Origin: Eledone cirrhosa
Lineage: Eukaryota
Length of the DNA: 64,000 bases
Reading direction: 5' to 3'
Assembly: GCA_964016885.1 (NCBI GenBank)
Contig: CAXHJY010000525.1
Coordinates: forward strand, 1 to 64,000
Shown: positions 56,441 to 64,000 of the stretch, piece by piece
How positions within the stretch are numbered: position 1 is the stretch's first letter
How the letters are laid out: each line of letters opens with the position of its first letter
Position numbers and translations under genes: made by a program
The notes under the pieces: generated by a model
What the model saw: only the letters and a program-made list of their open reading frames with translations
Databases searched by the model: none
What the model was told of the DNA's origin: nothing

Positions 56441-57591
56441 CCCCTTAGCATTTACATTACTCTATATATACTATTGTATTTTCACAGTAATGGCTTTAGC
56501 TCACATAATATCTCACATAACATTTACATTACTCTATATATACTATTGTATTTTCACAGTAAAGGCTTTACCTCACATAATATCTCACATAACATTTACA
56601 TTACTCTATATATACTATTGTATTTTCACAGTAAAGGCTTGACCTCACATAATATCTCACATAACATTTGCATTACTCTATATATACTATTGTATTTTCA
56701 CAGTAAAGGCTTTACCTCACATATCTCACATAACATTTACATTACTCTATATATACTATTGTATTTTCACAGTAAAGGCTTTACCTCACATAATATCTCA
56801 CATAACATTTACATTACTCTATATATACTATTGTATTTTCACAGTAAAGGCTTTACCTCACATAATATCTCACATAACATTTACATTACTCTATATATAC
56901 TATTGTATTTTCACAGTAAAGGCTTTACCTCACATAATATCTCATATAACATTTACATTACTCTATATATACTATTGTATTTTCACAGTAAAGGCTTGAC
57001 CTCACATAATATCTCACATAACATTTGCATTACTCTATATATACTATTGTATTTTCACAGTAAAGGCTTTACCTCACATATCTCACATAACATTTACATT
57101 ACTCTATATATACTATTGTATTTTCACAGTAAAGGCTTTACCTCACATAATATCTCACATAACATTTACATTACTCTATATATACTATTGTATTTTCACA
57201 GTAAAGGCTTTACCTCACATAATATCTCACATAGCATTTGCATTACTCTATATATACTATTGTATTTTCACAGTAAAGGCTTTACCTCACATAATATCTC
57301 ACATAGCATTTACATTACTCTATATATACTATTGTATTTTCACAGTAACGGCTTTATCTCACATAATATCTTACATAACATTTACATTACTCTATATATA
57401 CTATTGTATCTTCACAGTAAAGGCTTTACCTCACATAACATTTACATTACTCTACATAATATTGAATCTGTGAGATTTTGATGTTATTTATATTGAGAAC
57501 AATACCTTAACATTAGTATGAGCGGCCAGTTACAGCCGGTTTGAACAGAAAGAGGTGAGAGAGTTCTGGCCAGATACGGCCCGTTTAAATG
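56441..57591 (+). repeat. piggyBac-like MITE expanded by ~14 x 72-bp minisatellite
   Basis: Unit CATTTACATTACTCTATATATACTATTGTATTTTCACAGTAAAGGCTTTACCTCACATAATATCTCACATAA from 56449; the same expansion occurs at 59748-60200 (+) and ~60936-61310 (-). Confidence 0.92.
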
Positions 57592-57592
57592 T

Positions 57593-57830
57593 CTCAGGAA
57601 AGAATCGCTGGACAGATTTTATGGGCCAAACCAACCGTTAGGAGGCCCAGGGATAGACCTACCCTGAGCAAGGTGGTTGGATAACATCCATGAGCTTGGC
57701 TGGTCACGCTTGAAGATCCTGCCAGATCAGTTGGAGATTGGTTGCTTGTGACAGGACTCGCTGGAAGGAGTGTTTGAGGATTTTGCCCCCATGACAATTC
57801 TCAAGAATAAGTGAGCAAAGAAGAAGATAA
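57593..57830 (+). pseudogene. RTE LINE 3' remnant (third family)
   Basis: QERIAGQILWAKPTVRRPRDRP / RWLDNIHELGWSRL / DRTRWKECLRILPP, frameshifted. Confidence 0.7.
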
Positions 57831-57960
57831 CAAAAGAGTCAAACTTACAACAATTTCATCATCACCCAACAAGAGACTAATATGAGGAAATGTTGATGTT
57901 ACCTAAATGTTTTTTATATCAAACTGCCTGAAACCACCCCTGCTTCTGTCATACTAAGTG

Positions 57961-58001
<41 letters not shown>

Positions 58002-59738
58002 AACAAGGGGAGAGGAATACTGCGTGGTTGCACATGGATTACATATTATAAAATTAGTCCCTCATCAGTGATTTGCCAACCATCATTGGTATTTCATCGC
58101 ATTAAAAATCAGATACCTCAGGTTGGTGCGAGCAATAACTAAAATAAGCTATTGGGACAAGTGAAACGCGTAAAGCGAGTGAGACAAGTAAACAACAGAA
58201 GGAAAAGCAAACTGAAGGTTGGAAAAACAGCAAGCAACATGATGGTTATCTGATCAGCATAAGCTGGGTGAATTTCATGAGCGGTCAGAGAAGCAGACCG
58301 TACGCCGTGAATGAGGTGTGAGAAAGAAGGAACCCCACTATATATATATTATTTTTATTATCATCATCATCGGTTAACATCCATTTATCGGTTGAGCTTC
58401 TGACACCATGCTTCACAGCATAGAGTTACAGCGCTTTACATTCTGAGTTCAAATTCCACCAAAGTTAGCTTAGCCTTTCATCCTTAACGGGGTTGATAAA
58501 ATAAAGTACCAGTAATGCACTGGGGTCGATTTAATTGTCTTTCCCCTTCCGTCCCCTTCTAATTGCTGGCCTTGTGCTTATACTAGAAACAATTATTATT
58601 ATTATTCTATCTAATCTAATCTGGCCGAGTTTACACTCACAAATAAGAAGAACCAGGGCCACCCCTAGGAGCATTGGATTTGGTGTACTTCATATTTGTT
58701 TCAGTTGCTGAATACAATCGGGGGCCACTGCTTCTCCTGAAGGTCAATAGTTCTCTTCTAACTCGAACGGGAGCCCCTTTCTATTGTCAATTTACATTGA
58801 TCATCTGCAAAGCCCCATTGTTCTCAGAACCACTACACCAGTCTTACGATGTGTGCAGCTGGAACTACTGCCACCCATTTATTTGGCAGGATGGCAACTC
58901 ATTTCTACAGCTGGATGCCCTTCCTAACACCAACCTCATTTACAGTGAGTGCTGGGTGCTTTTTTGCCGTGGCACCTCCACAACCACTTTGCAGTGGAAT
59001 GATAGGGACCCCAGTCCCTATCATCTCATTTCTACAGCTGAGTAAACTGGAGCAATGTGAAATAAAGTGTCTTGCTCAAGGACACAACACATCACCCGGT
59101 CTGAGAATTGAACTCACAACCTTTCGATTGCAAGCCCAATGCTCTAACCACTAAGCCATGCACCTTCACTTTTTATTGCTTGCTATTATTTTTCCTTTTT
59201 TCTTTTTATTGATTTTTTTTTATTGTCTGCCTTTATTTATTCCTAACTTTTTTCTGTTACTCTTCTCTACTGTTATTCTGTTGTTCTGCTGTACTGTTAT
59301 TCTGCTATTCTTTTATTCCTTTGCTGTGCTGAGTCATTGAATCACCCACCTAGTCATGCAATGCATGGCTAGGCTTGGTTTGGTTTGGTTCAGGGCGAGG
59401 AGAAGAAGGAGAAGGGTATAGTGCCGCTTTTAAGTGGTTTTAGTCGGTCATATTGACCCCAGTATATATTTCAAGTCTGATTTCTGATTTTATTGATCTG
59501 TGTATCCATCTATCTATATGTCAGGATATTTGTTGAGCTGCAAAGTTAAGGAAAAGGAACAAAGATGGATGCTATGTAGACAACAATATCATTTTGTTGT
59601 TTTTTTTTTGCGTTTCCTAGACTGGTTTAAACATAAATATTTTAACTAATTTTTTCAATATTAAGCTGGTATTTGGAACATAACTTAACAGAGTTCCTTA
59701 TGTAAAATTATGATGGAAGGTTTTCAAATTAATATAAA

Positions 59739-60532
59739 CCCTTTAGCATTTACATTACTCTAATATATACTATTATATTTTCACAGTAAAGGCTTTACCT
59801 CACATAATATCTCACATAACATTTACATTACTCTATATATACTATTGTATTTTCACAGTAAAGGCTTTACCTCACATAATATCTCACATAACATTTACAT
59901 TACTCTATATATACTATTGTATCTTCACAGTAAAGGCTTTACCTCACATAACATTTACATTACTCTATATATACTATTGTATCTTCACAGTAAAGGCTTT
60001 ACCTCACATAACATTTACATTACTCTATATATACTATTGTATCTTCACAGTAAAGGCTTTACCTCACATAACATTTACATTACTCTATATATACTATTGT
60101 ATTTTCACAGTAAAGGCTTTACCTCACATAATATCTCACATAACATTTACATTACTCTATATTTACTATTGTATTTTCATGGTAAATGCTTTACCTCACA
60201 TAATATCGAATCTATGAGATTTTGAAAGTATTTATTTTGGGAACAATACCTTAATATCAGTATGAGTGGCCAGTTTCAACAGAAAGAGGTAGAGAATTTT
60301 GGCCGGTTTGAACATTAAAGGGTTAAACCGGCCATATCCGGCCAAAGTTTACTCACCTCTTTCTCTTCAAGCTGGCTATAACTGGCTACTCATACTGATG
60401 TTAAGGCATTGTTCTCAAAATAAATAATATCAAAATCTTATAGCTTTGATATTATGTGAGATATTAGGTAAGATAAAGTCTTTACTACAAAAATACAATA
60501 GTATATATAGAGTAATGTAAATGGTAAAGGGT
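59739..60532. mobile_element. piggyBac-like MITE copies with 72/60-bp tandem expansion
   Basis: CCCTTTAGCATTTAC start; AAAGGG|TTAA ends at ~60322 and ~60531. Confidence 0.8.
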
Positions 60533-61190
60533 TAAAGTGTTTATATTTATCTAAAAACCTTCCATCATAATTTTATGTAAGGAACTTTGTTAAGTTATGT
60601 TCCAAGCACCAGCTTAGTAATGAGAAAGTTAGTTCTATTACTAAATCTCTCAAACTTCTCTATTATTTTCAAAATTATTTGAAAATCATAGGCAGTGCCC
60701 CAGCATGGCCTCAGCCAGATGGCTGTTACAGGTAAAATGGTAAAAGAGAGTGCTTTTCATAAGAAATATGGAAATGAAAGGGTTAAACAACAACGATATG
60801 ATAAAAGGTTTAAGCCGGGTGTATCCGGCCAGAATTCTCTGATCTCTTTCTGTTCAAACTGGCTGTAACTGGCTGCTCATACTGATGTTAATGTATTATT
60901 CTCAAAATAAATAATATAAAAATCTGGTAGATCCGATATTATGTGAGGTAAAGCCTTTACTGTGAAAATACAATAGTATATATAGAGTAATGTGAATGTT
61001 ATGTGAGATATTATGTGAGGTAAAGCCTTTACTATGAAAATACAATAGTATATATAGAGAAATGTAAATGTTATATGAGGTAAAGCCTTTACTGTGAAAA
61101 TACAATAGTATATATAGAGTAATGTGAATGTTATGTGAGATATTATGTGAGGTAAAGCCTTTACTGTGAAAATACAATAGTATATATAGA

Positions 61191-61283
61191 GGTTGACTTT
61201 GCCTTTCACCCTTACGGGGTCGATAAAATAAAGTACCAGTAATGCACTGGGTGATTGCTGGCCTTGTGCCTAAAGTAGAAACA
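61191..61283 (+). mobile_element. 5'-truncated S1 SINE inside the MITE minisatellite
   Basis: 12-bp TSD AGTATATATAGA at 61179-90 and 61284-95. Confidence 0.85.
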
Positions 61284-61840
61284 AGTATATATAGAATAAT
61301 GTGAATGCTAAAGGGTTAAACCTTTTTAAAATCATTATTCTAATCGCATTTTGAAAAAAAACTGATTATGTTGTTCTTTAACCCTTTTGCTACCATATTT
61401 CTTTGAAAAAAAATGGAGACATTTGAGTGATTTAGTAATACAACTTTCTGATTTAAAACAATGAAATGGATATGTGAAATAACTTGCCTTCGTTATTATT
61501 ATCATTGTTAAACTAATATATATATATATATGTATATATCATCATCATCATCATCATCACCGTTTTACGTCCGTTCTTCCACGCTAGCATGGGTTAGACG
61601 GGTTGTCCTGTTGTGGGCAGTGTCTGGTCGGCTGACCATGCCTTGCTCATACAGGAACTGATCTGGCTTGATTTCTACAGCTGGATGCCCTTCCTAACAC
61701 CAACCTCATTTACAGTGAGTGCTGGGTGCTTTTTCGTGGCGCCTACACGTCCACTTTACAGTGTGGGCTGGGTGCTTTTTTGCCGTGGCACCTCCACGAC
61801 CACCTTGCGGTGGGGGGGGGGGGCATATTGTTTATATGCT

Positions 61841-62991
61841 TCAGCATGTACCCATGGGAGGTCGGGTACCCTGTATTACTGCGTGACGCCAGAAGTCACG
61901 GTCGTGTGTCATTGACTTTGAGAGGTGTAGTTGGGTAAGGTCGGCTTTTATCATCTCATCCCAAGTCATCTTGGGTCTCCCCACTCCGCGGTTTCCATCA
62001 ACTTCTAGTGCTCTGCACCTTTTTATGCAGCTGTCATCCTTCATACGCATCACATGTCCATACCAGCGTAACCGCCTCTCCTGCACGCAGCATTTGATTC
62101 CTCTTATGCTCAGTCTCTCTCTCAATTCATTTATGCTTTGTCGTTCACGTATATTACTGTTACACATCCATCGGAGCATGCAGGCTTCGTTTCTCTCTAA
62201 TCTACGTAAGTCTTCCACCTTCAGCGCCCAGGTCTCACTACCATGCAACATCGCTGTTCGGATACACGCATCATACAGTCTGCCTTTCATTCTGAGGGAG
62301 AAGCCTTTTGCAGCTAGCAGTGGTAGTAGTTCCCTAAACTTCTTCCATCCCGTTCTTACCCTAGTTATTGTACTTTCTGAGCACCCACCTCCGTTGCTAA
62401 TTCGGTCACCTAGGTAGCAGAAGCTGTCTACTGTTTCTACAGGGCCCTCCCAGAGATTGGTGGTACTTGTTTCCTGTGGCTGTTTGCTTGCTGTTTCAGC
62501 ACAGCTGCTGCATGTGAATCCTACATTCTTAATTAAGCTTCCTGAGATCCCGCTACATCTCTTGTGTACCCATTGTTTGCATTTGGGGCAAAGAATGGAG
62601 TTCCTACCTACACCTTTCCTACATACTGAGCAAGGCCATTTCCCTGAGGGGATCTGGGTTCTGTTTTCTCGTCTACTTATAAGGACCTTAGTCTTTGTCA
62701 TGTTGACTTTGAGGCCCTTTCTCTCTAGTCCCTGCTTCCAGGTTTGGAATTTATTCTCTAGTTCTACCATAGATTCAGCTATGAGTGCGAGGTCATCAGC
62801 ATACAGGAGTTCCCATGGGCATCCGGTCTTAAACTCCTCCGTTATTGCCTGCAGGACTATGATGAACAGGAGAGGGCTAAGAACAGAGCCCTGGTGGACC
62901 CCAACCTGTACGCTAAATTCCTCGCTATACTCATTGCCAATCCTAACTTTGCTGACTGCTCCCCTATACATGGCTTGTACCGCTTTCACAA

Positions 62992-62995
<4 letters not shown>
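61841..62995 (-). CDS. RTE-clade LINE reverse transcriptase, 5'-truncated open frame, with an embedded PHD-like zinc finger
   Basis: [61 protein letters not shown]; the ORF N-terminus beyond 62995 is a (TA)n artefact. Confidence 0.93.
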
Positions 62996-63042
<47 letters not shown>

Positions 63043-63046
63043 TATG

Positions 63047-63094
<48 letters not shown>

Positions 63095-63098
63095 TATG

Positions 63099-63177
<79 letters not shown>

Positions 63178-63196
63178 ATATATATATGTATGTATG

Positions 63197-63254
<58 letters not shown>

Positions 63255-63258
63255 TATG

Positions 63259-63305
<47 letters not shown>

Positions 63306-63496
63306 GTATGTATGTATATATATATATATATATATACATATGTATGTATGTATATATATATATATATATATACATATGTATGTATGTATATATATATATA
63401 TATATATATACATATGTATGTATGTATATATATATATATATATATACATATGTATGTATGTATATATATATATATATATATACATATGTATGTATG

Positions 63497-63528
<32 letters not shown>

Positions 63529-63532
63529 TATG

Positions 63533-63574
<42 letters not shown>

Positions 63575-63727
63575 TATGTATGTATATATACATATATATA
63601 TATATACATATATATGTATGTATATATATATATATATAAATATATATATATATACATATATATGTATGTATATATATATATATATAAATATATATATATA
63701 TACATATATATGTATGTATATATATAT

Positions 63728-63758
<31 letters not shown>

Positions 63759-63777
63759 CATATATATGTATATATAT

Positions 63778-63810
<33 letters not shown>

Positions 63811-63865
63811 CACATATATGTATGTATATATATATATATACACATATATGTATGTATATATAAAT

Positions 63866-63899
<34 letters not shown>

Positions 63900-63965
63900 A
63901 TGTATGTATATATATATATATACACATATATGTATGTATATATAAATATATATATAAATATATAC

Positions 63966-63999
<34 letters not shown>

Positions 64000-64000
64000 G
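62996..64000. repeat. (TA)n/(TATG)n microsatellite
   Basis: Directly visible. Confidence 0.95.

Noticed and set aside
56474-57481. 335-aa repeat protein
   Set aside because: By-product of a 72-bp MITE-derived minisatellite.

Overview
Eukaryotic, extremely AT-rich DNA dominated by microsatellites. The SINE, LINE and microsatellite repertoire looks like a coleoid cephalopod (Octopus), but that is inferred from repeat families, not from a search. No convincing host protein-coding gene was found, and almost all ORFs in the supplied track are (TA)n/(CA)n/(TGG)n artefacts. The window contains: (i) a 5'-truncated but open Penelope-like element (RT + GIY-YIG, ~557-2404) with a long 3' region ending in a hammerhead ribozyme; (ii) RTE, Tx1, Vingi and CR1-like LINE fragments; (iii) two tRNA-derived SINE families; (iv) Helitron-like and piggyBac/mariner-like non-autonomous DNA elements, several expanded into tandem arrays. 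The most striking signal is a dense set of short non-coding elements of roughly eight to ten unrelated sequence families sitting in (TA)n tracts. They carry type I hammerhead ribozyme cores (CUGANGA...GAAA...NUH) with covarying stems and mostly occur as long fold-back inverted repeats. One is a ~316-nt circularly permuted tandem resembling a retrozyme/circular-RNA copy. All structures were read by eye and are not computationally or experimentally verified.
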